DNA of 64,000 nt from Candidatus Latescibacterota bacterium (GTDB lineage Bacteria; Latescibacterota; UBA2968). The notes under the pieces are model-generated. The model was not told where the DNA came from, ran no database searches, and saw nothing but the letters and a program-made list of their open reading frames with translations. This document shows, in pieces, positions 1 to 10,338 of this stretch (positions are counted from its first letter, which is position 1; every line of letters begins with the position of its first letter). The stretch spans positions 2,464,001 through 2,528,000 of the forward strand of contig OZ241986.1 in NCBI GenBank assembly GCA_965204375.1, in the 5' to 3' direction. A program made the position numbers and the translations under genes.

Positions 1-4
1 CATT

Positions 5-1105
5 ATGGTAAGTCCGGATCTGGGGATGTTCGTAAGCGTACACCATAGCCGGCAGTATTTCGGATATCGAAAGGATCCTTTCTTTTCACAACATTCTTTT
101 ACCGTCGGGTCGGCTTTCAATCTTCTCGAAGGTCTCAATAGTTTTAAGCCCTTTATTTCCTACACCGGAAACTTTCGCCAACTTATGCGCGACTTCGACG
201 CGAGAATCTACTTTAAGTACTCTGGAATCCAGGTAATTCGGTTCAACGGATTCGGTAACAAAACGAAGATTCCGCATCCGTCTTCCTTCTATAAGGTAGA
301 GCAAAGACATTTCGTTTTCGCTCCAGCCCTCGAACTTCGATCGGGAAAGCGTGAAGGAGATAAGTCCAGTGTTGGTATGGAATCGCTTCGCTCAAAATTA
401 ACCATTGACTTTGGGCCGATCATCAAGTATTCAAACACACCCCTCAGTTCCCATAAGGATAAATTTATCGGCTCGCTTGATTCTCCACTTTACGGTACGG
501 GTTCCTTTGGACAGGTAGGCGCACAGGGGAAAATCATGTACGATACGCGTGACAATCCTGGGTATCCCAACCAGGGGATCTGGATCAGAATTTCTGGATC
601 TGTCTATCCAAGCGTCTGGGATGTGGAATCGACCTTTGGCAGCATAGATGGAGAAGCCAGTACTTACCTGACTGCTCGTATTCCGACTAACCCAACCCTT
701 GCCTTAAGAGCGGGTAGCAAGAAGGTGTGGGGGAATTTTCCTTTCCATGAGAGTGCCTTTTTGGGAGGGACCGGCTTTGCTGGTAGCGGTATATCCAGTG
801 GCAATTTGCGTGGTTTCCGAAAAAACCGATTCGCTGGAGAGACTGCGCTGTATGGAAATTCCGAACTGCGGGTGGTCCTGACCAAAATCAAGCTTTTGGT
901 GCCGGGAGAGTTCGGATTGTTCGGTGCGGCTGATGCCGGGCGGGTAATTTATGACGGAGATCCGGACAACGCTGATAAATGGCACACCAGTATCGGGGGT
1001 GGATTCTGGCTGTCTTTTCTCAAGCGCCGACAGACCATGAGCGCGGCAGTCGTAAAAGGCGATGACTTGACGGGCGTATATCTGCGCGCTGGTTTTATGT
1101 TTTAG
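5..1105 (+). CDS. Omp85/BamA-TamA family outer-membrane beta-barrel, C-terminal part (gene probably starts upstream of the window)
   Basis: YDTRDNPGYPNQG, LRGFRKNRFAG and ADAGRV segments and a terminal aromatic residue (GFMF) are typical of the bacterial surface-antigen domain. Confidence 0.75.
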   Translation: MVSPDLGMFVSVHHSRQYFGYRKDPFFSQHSFTVGSAFNLLEGLNSFKPFISYTGNFRQLMRDFDARIYFKYSGIQVIRFNGFGNKTKIPHPSSFYKVEQRHFVFAPALELRSGKREGDKSSVGMESLRSKLTIDFGPIIKYSNTPLSSHKDKFIGSLDSPLYGTGSFGQVGAQGKIMYDTRDNPGYPNQGIWIRISGSVYPSVWDVESTFGSIDGEASTYLTARIPTNPTLALRAGSKKVWGNFPFHESAFLGGTGFAGSGISSGNLRGFRKNRFAGETALYGNSELRVVLTKIKLLVPGEFGLFGAADAGRVIYDGDPDNADKWHTSIGGGFWLSFLKRRQTMSAAVVKGDDLTGVYLRAGFMF

Positions 1106-1123
1106 CTCATAAAGGAGAATGGG

Positions 1124-2038
1124 ATGCTCAACAACATCATCATACGTCTCGCCATTTACTATGTCACGTGGCTTTTGATTCTCAATGCGATCTTTCACCT
1201 CTTCCCCGAAATCCTCCATTACGTCGCCCAGGAGCGTGAACGCATATTCATAGGAAGATCCCTTGACTCCGGGATCGATTCGGGCATTCCACTTGGAAAC
1301 ATCAAAGAAGGGATAAACCGGCTCGCCGATCCAGAACACACGATTCCAGTTGTGGTCGCTATGGTACTGGCCTTTGGGGTTACCCTCCCAATTACCTGGG
1401 TATATGGCTGGACGCATTCGCCAAAGAAATACAGTCAATCCTTTGCACGCACTCTGCTCGCGATGCCTGTCGTCATATCGCTGGTTGTTTTTTTGGTTAA
1501 AGGTAGTCTTGCCCTTGCGTTCAGCCTGGCGGGTATTGTGGCCGCCGTCAGCTTTCGACTCTCACTCAAAGATACCATGGATGCCGTGTACATGTTTATG
1601 GTCATCGGGATAGGGCTGGCAGCTGGCACCCAGCTTACGACAGTGGCCTACCTCGTATCGTTGGCTTTCGTCACCATAATACTGGGTGTGTGGAAAACCA
1701 ATTATGGCGCGCAGCCACCCGTATTATCCGGTTGGAGAATTGTTTCACCTGATCACTCGGTCCATACTTCTGAAACAAAGACCACTGCCGGGAATCCCTA
1801 TGATGCCCGGATTGAGGTACACACAACGAAGGTCGAAACAGCGCAAAAAGCAACAGCTCAAATCCTGAAATCCGGGACCAAACAGTGGCAAGTAGCAGAT
1901 GTGATCGAGAAAGAAGATGGAACGGCCATCGTTGTATATGATGTTTCATTAAAACAATCCGTCGCTCTGCCTATCCTCATCCGGGATATTGAAAAAAGCA
2001 AAAAAAGTATCAAAAACGCAACGCTGACAAAAGTTTAA
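1124..2038 (+). CDS. DUF4956-like membrane protein
   Basis: SLALAFSLAGIVAAVSFR...KDTMDAVYMFMVIGIGLAAG signature; several TM helices; AAGGAG RBS. Confidence 0.75.
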   Translation: MLNNIIIRLAIYYVTWLLILNAIFHLFPEILHYVAQERERIFIGRSLDSGIDSGIPLGNIKEGINRLADPEHTIPVVVAMVLAFGVTLPITWVYGWTHSPKKYSQSFARTLLAMPVVISLVVFLVKGSLALAFSLAGIVAAVSFRLSLKDTMDAVYMFMVIGIGLAAGTQLTTVAYLVSLAFVTIILGVWKTNYGAQPPVLSGWRIVSPDHSVHTSETKTTAGNPYDARIEVHTTKVETAQKATAQILKSGTKQWQVADVIEKEDGTAIVVYDVSLKQSVALPILIRDIEKSKKSIKNATLTKV

Positions 2039-2108
2039 AATAGGTATCCTCAAAGCCTTCCTGCCACCAGAGAGATCAGGTAGGCCATTCATAACGGTAT
2101 AATTACAA

Positions 2109-3272
2109 ATGAAGAACCACACAGATAAATTTCTCCTGGGCTTCCTTGGTTTTGGCATTATTCTCTACCTGTTGTCGATGGGCTATGGACGGGCTCCATC
2201 TTCAGATTTTAGTGGAAATTCGTCGAACATAATTTCAATTTCAGATACTCCGATCGTCCGCCCTTTGACGGATACGATAGATGTATTAATATCTCCCGAA
2301 AGCTATACACTGAACGAAGAGACCGCTTCAGATACTTCGACCGTCCTTCCTTTGGCGGACACAATGGCTGTATTAGACTATGAAGAGGATTCATCCTCAG
2401 ATCTTAGTGGAAATCCGTCAGACACAAATACAGATACTCCGACCGTCCGCCCGTTGGCGGATGCAATGGCAGTATTACAAAGGAAAATATCTCTCGAAAG
2501 CTATACACTAAAAGAAGAGACCGCGACGCACTGGAAGCTGCCCGATCATCTCGAGGAAATCTCTGGTTTGGCAATGATCAGAGACAACCGACTCCTGGCG
2601 CACAATGATGAAAGAGGGGTCATATTTGAGATCGATTATCAGAATGGATCAATCGCAAAAGCATTCCAACTGACGGATATGAAGAACCCGATTGCCAGTG
2701 ATTTTGAGGGCATTGCAACAATTGATGACCAGATCTATTTGGTCACGAGTTCAGGGCGAATATACGAGTGTCGTGAGGGGGCTGCTGGCGAGTCCGTTCT
2801 CTTCAATGTCTATACGACTGGGGTCGGCAGAAACTGCGAAATAGAGGGCCTGGCGTATGACGAGAGCAAGCGGACACTCTTACTAATGTGCAAGGACGCT
2901 CGCAGTGCAGACATGGAGGGACAGTTGGCAGTATATCATTGGTCAATTGACGACAAACAGCTAAGTGTAGATGCACATACCGTAATACCTGTCGCTGAAT
3001 TCTCTCGGCACATCAAGGGGAAAAAATTCCAACCTTCGGGAATCGAGCGACACCCGATATCGGGGAATTACTTTATCGTAGCTGCTCGTCAGGGGGCTAT
3101 CGCGGAGATCACGCCGAGAGGTCAGATCATTGCAGTCAGAGAGTTTCCCGCCCAGTGGCATCGCCAGATTGAAGGTATTACCTTTGCTGCAGACGGCACA
3201 CTAATCGTTTCCGATGAAGGCGCGGGAAGAAAAGCGAGACTAACCCTTTACCCGGTCTCGGATAGTCAATAA
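2109..3272 (+). CDS. SdiA-regulated/YjiK-like beta-propeller protein with N-terminal anchor
   Basis: EISGL, HNDE, DFEGIA, EIEGLAYD, QPSGI and QIEGITF blade motifs. Confidence 0.7.
   Translation: MKNHTDKFLLGFLGFGIILYLLSMGYGRAPSSDFSGNSSNIISISDTPIVRPLTDTIDVLISPESYTLNEETASDTSTVLPLADTMAVLDYEEDSSSDLSGNPSDTNTDTPTVRPLADAMAVLQRKISLESYTLKEETATHWKLPDHLEEISGLAMIRDNRLLAHNDERGVIFEIDYQNGSIAKAFQLTDMKNPIASDFEGIATIDDQIYLVTSSGRIYECREGAAGESVLFNVYTTGVGRNCEIEGLAYDESKRTLLLMCKDARSADMEGQLAVYHWSIDDKQLSVDAHTVIPVAEFSRHIKGKKFQPSGIERHPISGNYFIVAARQGAIAEITPRGQIIAVREFPAQWHRQIEGITFAADGTLIVSDEGAGRKARLTLYPVSDSQ
2201..2525 (+). repeat. Imperfect intragenic repeats (DT(P/S)xVxPLxDxxxVL x3; ESYTLxEETA x2; SGNxS x2)
   Basis: cagatactccgatcgtccgccctttgacgga (~2242), cagatacttcgaccgtccttcctttggcgga (~2329), cagatactccgaccgtccgcccgttggcgga (~2431). 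Confidence 0.8.
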
Positions 3273-3322
3273 CAGACCAAAGCTATTTCAAAATCGCTCA
3301 TAACCAAAAAACAGGACACACA

Positions 3323-4810
3323 ATGGCGCATTCAAAACCCAACCTGCTCTACATCCACTCCGACCAGCACGACCCTTATGTGACGGGCTGTTATGGAGAT
3401 AAAGTCGTACAAACCCCCAACCTCGACAGCATCGCGGCAAACGGCGTTGTATTTGAAAACTGCTACTGCCCCTCACCGATATGCGTACCCTCGCGCATGT
3501 CCATGCTATCGGGGCGATACCCCTTTGAAAATGAAGTATGGACAAACGGACACATACTCAACTCGAGCATTCCCACATTTGCCCATGCAATGGGCGCGGG
3601 AGGTTACGACCCCGTGCTCGTAGGACGCATGCATTCCAATGGACCCGATCAGCTACACGGATACGCTCAACGCCTCGTAGGCGATCACGGCCCCAATCAT
3701 TCCGGTGGCGGCGGCGTCAACCACGGGATGCTCTCCGGCACAGCAGGTCCTGCCCGCGTCAGCCTGACGAAATCGGGTATTGGGCAAAGTGCGTATCAGG
3801 TACACGACGAAGACGTAACCGCAGCAACCGTCGCGTATCTCGACCGCCTGGGCGTAAAAAAACGCGCGGGACAACCCGCCGAACCCTTCTCTCTCACCGT
3901 TGGCTTTATGCTGCCCCACCAGCCATTTGTCGCGCGCCGCGCCGACTACGAAAGATACGATGGTCGCGTACCTCCCCCGACTGTCTCTGTCCCCTTCTCC
4001 GACGACCTGCATCCCCACATCAAATCCTGGCGCGAACGCTGCGGTATTACAACCGTCACAGAAGCCGAAATCCACCGCGCGCGCACGGCATACTGGGCAC
4101 TTGTGGATCGCATGGATTACATGATCGGGCAGATCCTCACAGCCCTCCGTCAAAACGATTTGATCGACAACACCCTCATCATTTACATGTCAGATCACGG
4201 CGAACAAGCCGGCGAACACGGCCTATGGTGGAAACAAACCTTTTACGAACACTCCGCCAAAGTACCCGCCATCCTCTCCTGGCCCGACCACCTGCCCGAA
4301 GGCAAACACTTTGACAACGTCATCTCTTCCCTCGACCTCAACGCCACCATGATCGACGCCATGCAATGCCCCGAACTCCCCCACTCTCGCGGGCGTTCAC
4401 TGCTGCCTCTTATGCGCGGTGAAAACACATCCTGGGACAACCTCGCCTTCTCCGAATTTTGTCAGGACAGAGCTGGCGGGGGCGGTCCCTTCTCCGCCGA
4501 AGGTGTGTACCAGCGCATGATTCGGCAGGACGAATGGAAATTCAATTACTACCACAACCAGCCCTGCCAATTCTTCAACCTGAAAGAAGACCCCAACGAA
4601 TTGCACGACCGCGCAAACGACCTCGCTTGTCAAAACCTGATCAGAGACTTCACTGCCCGCATCCTCGACGGCTGGGATCCCGACGCCATCGCAACTCAAC
4701 TCGCCGCCCGAAACAGAGACTCCCGCATCCTCACTGCCTGGGCGCGCCACACAAAACCCGCAGACACGATCCGCTGGGACTTGCGCCCCGAAATGGATTA
4801 TCTGGAATAG
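3323..4810 (+). CDS. Cys-type sulfatase (choline-sulfatase-like)
   Basis: N-terminal SDQH, CVPSR (CxPxR), GRMH, SDHGE. Confidence 0.9.
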   Translation: MAHSKPNLLYIHSDQHDPYVTGCYGDKVVQTPNLDSIAANGVVFENCYCPSPICVPSRMSMLSGRYPFENEVWTNGHILNSSIPTFAHAMGAGGYDPVLVGRMHSNGPDQLHGYAQRLVGDHGPNHSGGGGVNHGMLSGTAGPARVSLTKSGIGQSAYQVHDEDVTAATVAYLDRLGVKKRAGQPAEPFSLTVGFMLPHQPFVARRADYERYDGRVPPPTVSVPFSDDLHPHIKSWRERCGITTVTEAEIHRARTAYWALVDRMDYMIGQILTALRQNDLIDNTLIIYMSDHGEQAGEHGLWWKQTFYEHSAKVPAILSWPDHLPEGKHFDNVISSLDLNATMIDAMQCPELPHSRGRSLLPLMRGENTSWDNLAFSEFCQDRAGGGGPFSAEGVYQRMIRQDEWKFNYYHNQPCQFFNLKEDPNELHDRANDLACQNLIRDFTARILDGWDPDAIATQLAARNRDSRILTAWARHTKPADTIRWDLRPEMDYLE

Positions 4811-4818
4811 CGGTGCCT

Positions 4819-5961
4819 ATGAAAACCGAACTCACCAGACTCGATCTGGCTTGTTGGGGCGGGTTTATGATGTTTGCCACCAGCGGTGTCGTCACCCCGA
4901 TATGCCTGCCCGAAATATCCAGCACCCTGTCCATCTCCCTCTCTGAAAGCGGCGGTCTGGAAACCGCGCGAACATGTCTTTTGCTCGTCGTCTTAATCCT
5001 GTCCGGCATCCTCGCGCGCAAATGGGGCAAAAAACATTTTGTGACCTATGGGCAATATCTCCTCGCCATCGGCCTTCTCATGATCAGCTATGCCGACAGC
5101 TATCCCATGCTCATCCTGTCCCTCATGGTCACCGGCATTGGCGGTGGATTCACCGAAGCCCTCATCAATCCCCTAATCATCGACATTCATCCCAAAGACT
5201 CGGGCAAATACCTCAACATCACCAACGCCTTTTACCCCGTCGGCGTCATGGTCTCCGCGCTCCTCTTTGGCGAACTCCTGACCCTCGGTTATTCCTGGCG
5301 GCTCGTGTTTCGCATTGCTGCAGGAGGCGCACTTATCATGGGCATCCTGTTCCACCTATCGCGCTTTCCCATACCCGTAGCAGATCAGCAATCATCCAAA
5401 CACCTGATAGCACAAATCCTCAACACGCCCAAATTCTGGCTCTTTGCCATCGCCATATTTTTGGGCGCAGGTATCGAAGCGGCATTCACATTCTGGAGCC
5501 GCAGCTATGTGGAAACCTATCTACAGGACATGCCCCGCGCCGGTGCAATCGCAGTCGTCGTCTTTGCGATCACAATGGCTCTGGGCCGCTTGCTTTCCGC
5601 AAAATTGTCCCAGATAATCAGCCTGAAAACCCTGATGCTCGGTTCCGCCATCCTCGGTGTCGTCGTCAGCAGCGGCATTCCCTTCTCCGACAATCTGATA
5701 GGATTCTATATTCTGCTCCTTTTCGCTGGATTTGCAACCGCCTGCTTCTGGCCTACCATACTCGCCGAAGCAGCGGAACACCTATCCTTTGATGCCACCA
5801 TGCTCTTTGTAATACTCGCCTGCTTTGGCATTGCCGGATTTGGCATCATCCCCTGGACCATGGGGGTTATCGGTGACAGCGCTGGCCTGAAAGCGGGCTT
5901 CGCTGTTATCCCCGGCCTCTTTGTCGGCTTGATCGTCGTACTCGCCATCACAAGGCGTTAA
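4819..5961 (+). CDS. MFS transporter
   Basis: About 12 hydrophobic helices, GILARKWGKK motif A variant; start placed at ATG 4819, just after the sulfatase stop. Confidence 0.85.
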   Translation: MKTELTRLDLACWGGFMMFATSGVVTPICLPEISSTLSISLSESGGLETARTCLLLVVLILSGILARKWGKKHFVTYGQYLLAIGLLMISYADSYPMLILSLMVTGIGGGFTEALINPLIIDIHPKDSGKYLNITNAFYPVGVMVSALLFGELLTLGYSWRLVFRIAAGGALIMGILFHLSRFPIPVADQQSSKHLIAQILNTPKFWLFAIAIFLGAGIEAAFTFWSRSYVETYLQDMPRAGAIAVVVFAITMALGRLLSAKLSQIISLKTLMLGSAILGVVVSSGIPFSDNLIGFYILLLFAGFATACFWPTILAEAAEHLSFDATMLFVILACFGIAGFGIIPWTMGVIGDSAGLKAGFAVIPGLFVGLIVVLAITRR

Positions 5962-7485
5962 TCACTCCGGCGGCCAAACCGTCTCTTTCGTATATGCCTC
6001 TTTCAAATCGCGCCAATACCGCCTGCCTTTGTGAACCAGATTTGTCGGCGCGAACCGCTTGTTCAAACCTCTCTCGTGACTCGACCGCCCCGTATCGGTT
6101 CGATATTGCAACGTGAACCGCATCAATTGTGCGAGCAAATCAAAACGCACATCTGCATATTCTGGATCGGCCCAAACATTCGCGATCTCACCCGGATCAT
6201 TGCGGTGATCGTACAACTCTCCCTCATCCACACTCTCGTAAAACACCAGCCGAAAATCGCGCGTGCGAATCGCCGACACCTTGCCACCGGGATTGCCCCA
6301 ATCCCACTCGCAAAACGCCGCGTCTTTGCCATCTGCTGTACCATTCACAACGGGAATCAAATCGCGCCCATCGCGCCCATCGGGAATGGGAATATCGCAA
6401 AGACGACACAGCGTGGGATACCAATCGACCGATTCCACAATCGCATCACACCTCGCGCCCGATGGACCACCCGGATAGCGCAAGGCAAAAGGAATGCGGT
6501 GAATCGAATCGTAAATCCCAAAATTCTTGTGAAACAACCCGTGATCACCCGCAAAATCCCCGTGATCCGCGCAATACAAAACAATCGTATTCTCCAACTC
6601 CCCCACCTCGTCCAGATAATCCAGCACCCGCCCAATCTCGGAATCAATCGCCGTAATCAGCGCGTAATAACTCGCCAAACAACGCTTCAAGCGATCGGGA
6701 TTGGGATCGGCCAGTGGATACCCGCCCCCATCGGCCAACCGCTCTTGCATAAACTCGGGCTTGCCGGCAAAGCGACGCTCAAAATAATCAATCGCACTAT
6801 CGGGCAACACCATCTCATCGGGATTGTACATATCAAAATGCTCTGCCGCAGGCGCGATCGGTGCATGGGGCCTTTGAAAACTCATGTGCAAAAAAAACGG
6901 CCGACCTTCATCTCGCTCCTTCAAAAACGCCAGCGACTCATTACCCGTATAATGCTCAATCGAATGCTGATAGGGCAGTTTGGCCGGCGCACTGCCATCC
7001 ATCGTATATTCCTGCCCGGGTCTGGCCGAGCCTTCTTCGTAAAAATCCGACAACCCCAGATCTTCCAAGTACTTAAAATAGTGCGTCTCGGTTGGATCCA
7101 AATGCGTCGCATCGCACAAATCCGTATATCGGATGCGCTCAAAACCATCTTCATCCCAACGCCGAACCATGTGCGCCTTGCCAATCACAGCCGTTTGATA
7201 CCCGTATCTCCGAAACTGACACGCCAGCGTATTGGGATTCGCCTCGGAAATCTCCGAATGATCATTGCCAAACATCCGATGCGTATGACAATACTGCCCG
7301 GTCATAAAACAGATCCGCGACGGCGAACAAATCGGATTATTGCAAAAAGCATGTGTAAACACCACCCCCTCATCCGCAATGCGATCCATATTCGGGGTTC
7401 TGACATTTGGATGCCCGGCAAATCCCGCACAATTGGCATTGTGCTGATCCGACATCAGCCACAACACATTGGGTCTTCGCGCCAT
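5962..7485 (-). CDS. Cys-type sulfatase
   Basis: SDQH, CSPSR, GKAH, ADHGD; AGGAG RBS. Confidence 0.9.
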   Translation of the reverse strand: MARRPNVLWLMSDQHNANCAGFAGHPNVRTPNMDRIADEGVVFTHAFCNNPICSPSRICFMTGQYCHTHRMFGNDHSEISEANPNTLACQFRRYGYQTAVIGKAHMVRRWDEDGFERIRYTDLCDATHLDPTETHYFKYLEDLGLSDFYEEGSARPGQEYTMDGSAPAKLPYQHSIEHYTGNESLAFLKERDEGRPFFLHMSFQRPHAPIAPAAEHFDMYNPDEMVLPDSAIDYFERRFAGKPEFMQERLADGGGYPLADPNPDRLKRCLASYYALITAIDSEIGRVLDYLDEVGELENTIVLYCADHGDFAGDHGLFHKNFGIYDSIHRIPFALRYPGGPSGARCDAIVESVDWYPTLCRLCDIPIPDGRDGRDLIPVVNGTADGKDAAFCEWDWGNPGGKVSAIRTRDFRLVFYESVDEGELYDHRNDPGEIANVWADPEYADVRFDLLAQLMRFTLQYRTDTGRSSHERGLNKRFAPTNLVHKGRRYWRDLKEAYTKETVWPPE

Positions 7486-7702
7486 AAATTTCTCCTTTCT
7501 GTATGTGTTTGCAGACTATAAGACAAAGCATTAAATTAAGCAGGAATAATAAAAGGATTGCCAGGGCTATGACGTCCAGATTATCCACCTGTGCCGCGTT
7601 CATCTGCGGATAGATTTGGGGGGCTGGGCGGCATCCTGTTCATCCTTTCATCCTGACAATTCTGATTCTGACAGTGGTTGCATTTTGCAGAGGAAAAACA
7701 CC

Positions 7703-9046
7703 ATGTTTTTTGACAACATCGCGCTCGGTGTACCCAAAATTTTGCTCCCAAACCCCGAAATCGGCTGTAGCAAATGGGCAGTCATAGCTTGTGACCAGTA
7801 TGTACACGACATATCGTATTGGGAAGAAGTCAAAAGCATTGTGGGAGACACGCCCTCAACCCTGGACCTCATCTATCCCGAAGTCTATCTCTACGACGAC
7901 GATCACGAAGAACGCATTGCCCGCGTACACAACAACATGAAACGCTTTGTCACCGATGGCATTTTCCGCGACGAAATCGAAGGCTTTTTGCTCGTCGATC
8001 GCATGCTGCCCTCGGGAAAATCGCGCAAAGGACTCGTCGTAACCCTCGACCTCGAGCATTACGACAGCCGCAGCCAGTCCAAAACCCTCATCCGCACAAC
8101 CGAGGGCACCTATCCCAAAAATCTCGAAGCGCGTTTTGAAGTTCGGGGCAACGCCTCCCTCGAATCGCCCCATATTTTAGTACTCATCGACGACCCCAAA
8201 AAAGAAATTATCGAACCTCTCTTTGAAGAAGGCCATCCCAACATCGTCGATTTCGAACTCATGATGAACGGAGGACACCTCAAATATCACTTAATCGAGA
8301 ATAAAAAAGACATTGCGCGCATTGCCCAAAAACTCGCCAAACGCATTGAACCCGATTACATCCAGCAAAAATACGGTGTCGAGAACGAAACCCTCCTCTA
8401 CGCGATGGGCGATGGCAACCACTCATTTGCCGCCGCGCAAAAAGCCTGGAAAAAAATTAAATCAACACGCAACAACAGGTCAGCACGACATCCAGCCAGA
8501 CATGCCATGGTCGAATTGATCAATCTTCATGACGACGCGATAGATATAGAACCAATTCACAGACTGATCACCCGCGTTGATCCAAAGACCACATGCAACA
8601 CCCTCGTCGCGCTGCTCAATGCATCGGGCGCCCGGGCGCGTCTGGAAAAAGTCCCATCGCCCGACGCGCAACAACAGCGCACCACAGCCCTATCATCTGC
8701 ATCCACTCATTGCCTCCCCTATCGCGCTGCAGGAGACCTGGGCATACTCGTAATTGAAAAGCCATATCAAAGAACCATACCCGAAACAATGGAAGCCGCG
8801 CTCGACCTGTTCACGCGGGAAAACACCGAAGCCGAAGTCGGATTCATCCACGGCGAAGACGTAATCGACGACCTGAGCAACAAACCCGACGCGCTCGGCT
8901 TTTACATGCCACCCATTTCAAAAGACAGCGTATTCGAATCCATTGTTCGCCACGGCGCCTATCCCCGAAAATCCATATCCATTGGACACGCCGACGAAAA
9001 GCGTTACTATATGGAATGCCGAAGCCTTGTCCCTGTCAAACGATAA
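7703..9046 (+). CDS. DUF1015 family protein
   Basis: WAVIACDQY, TTEGT, LESPHILVLIDD, AMGDGNHS, PRKSISIG..EKRYYMECR; start moved to ATG 7703. Confidence 0.8.
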   Translation: MFFDNIALGVPKILLPNPEIGCSKWAVIACDQYVHDISYWEEVKSIVGDTPSTLDLIYPEVYLYDDDHEERIARVHNNMKRFVTDGIFRDEIEGFLLVDRMLPSGKSRKGLVVTLDLEHYDSRSQSKTLIRTTEGTYPKNLEARFEVRGNASLESPHILVLIDDPKKEIIEPLFEEGHPNIVDFELMMNGGHLKYHLIENKKDIARIAQKLAKRIEPDYIQQKYGVENETLLYAMGDGNHSFAAAQKAWKKIKSTRNNRSARHPARHAMVELINLHDDAIDIEPIHRLITRVDPKTTCNTLVALLNASGARARLEKVPSPDAQQQRTTALSSASTHCLPYRAAGDLGILVIEKPYQRTIPETMEAALDLFTRENTEAEVGFIHGEDVIDDLSNKPDALGFYMPPISKDSVFESIVRHGAYPRKSISIGHADEKRYYMECRSLVPVKR

Positions 9047-9086
9047 TATATGATGATTTCAATTGCAATTCAGATGTAGGAGATAT

Positions 9087-10328
9087 ATGACTGAGATATA
9101 CGACATGATCATTGTTGGTGCGGGACCGGCAGGCGCGACAGCGGCGTTATATGCCCATCGCGCGGGACTCAATGTCTGTCTGGTGGATAAGGCGCGATTT
9201 CCGCGGGATAAAATCTGTGGCGATGCGCTATCGGGCAAAGTCGTATCGATTTTGCACGAACTCGATTTGTTCGACAAGGTCGCGCGATTGCCTGGCGCGA
9301 CCATTCGAGAAGTCGTATTTGGTAGCCCGAATCACGTGGATGCACGCGTGGATCTGCGACGGTATGATCATCAGGATCAGGCCACGGGCAAAATACTGCC
9401 GATGGAAGGATTTGTGATCCGGCGCGAGATACTGGATAATTTTCTCTTCCAAGAAGCGAAAAAAGTTGCGAACACCTGTTATGAGGGATTTGCCGTTAAA
9501 GACCTGATACGAGAAAACGAGCAAATTGTGGGTGTGCGCGGCGTGGTGGATGGCCGAGAACGCGAAATACATGGTCGCACCGTGCTCGGCTGCGATGGTT
9601 TTAATTCAATGGTCGCGCGCAAAGCGGGATTATACGCCCATGAATCCGTGCATTGGGTGGTGGCAATTCGCTGCTATTACGAAAATGTGGCGGAATTGGG
9701 CAATCAAATCGAGTTGCATTTTGTAGATGAAGTCTTGCCGGGTTATTTCTGGATTTTCCCATTGGAAAATGGGACGGCAAATGTGGGCATTGGCATGCGT
9801 CACGATGTGTTGAAGAAGCGAAGGGTGGATTTGAAAGTAGCACTAAGCGAAGTAATCAACCGCTCGCCTTATGCCCACCGATTCAAAAATGCGCGTCCAA
9901 CAGAAGACCCGGTGGGATGGAATCTCCCAGTGGGAAGCACCCGCCGAAAAAGCTATGGGAATGGCGTATTGCTATTGGGCGATGCCGCGGGATTGATCGA
10001 CCCCTTTACGGGCGAGGGAATTGGCAATGCGTTGTATTCCGCGCGTTTTGCTGTGGAGGCCGTGCAGGAAGCCCTTGCGGCAGACAATTATTCAGCGGCT
10101 TTTTTGAAGCGCTACGAAGACCGATTATGGGATGCAATAGGCGATGAATTGGCGACAAGTACGCGAATGCAAAAATTGGGACAATGGCGTCCTCTCCTCA
10201 ATTTTACCATTCACAAAGCCGCACACAACGACAAAGTCCGGGATCTAATCTGCGGCATGATGGCCAATGCCGTCCCCAAAAAGCAACTCACCAATCCCCT
10301 GTTTTATTTGAAGCTATTGTTTAGTTGA
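9087..10328 (+). CDS. Geranylgeranyl-reductase family FAD oxidoreductase
   Basis: GAGPAG, FPRDKICGD, GYFWIFP, GDAAGLIDPFTGEGIG; AGGAG RBS before ATG 9087. Confidence 0.85.
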   Translation: MTEIYDMIIVGAGPAGATAALYAHRAGLNVCLVDKARFPRDKICGDALSGKVVSILHELDLFDKVARLPGATIREVVFGSPNHVDARVDLRRYDHQDQATGKILPMEGFVIRREILDNFLFQEAKKVANTCYEGFAVKDLIRENEQIVGVRGVVDGREREIHGRTVLGCDGFNSMVARKAGLYAHESVHWVVAIRCYYENVAELGNQIELHFVDEVLPGYFWIFPLENGTANVGIGMRHDVLKKRRVDLKVALSEVINRSPYAHRFKNARPTEDPVGWNLPVGSTRRKSYGNGVLLLGDAAGLIDPFTGEGIGNALYSARFAVEAVQEALAADNYSAAFLKRYEDRLWDAIGDELATSTRMQKLGQWRPLLNFTIHKAAHNDKVRDLICGMMANAVPKKQLTNPLFYLKLLFS

Positions 10329-10338
10329 ACAAGCTGAC

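Noticed and set aside
4459-4818. N-terminal extension of the MFS ORF
   Set aside because: Overlaps the sulfatase in another frame; the transporter begins at ATG 4819
6031-7521. 496-aa plus-strand ORF
   Set aside because: Antisense to a clear sulfatase; skewed Ile/Arg/His composition
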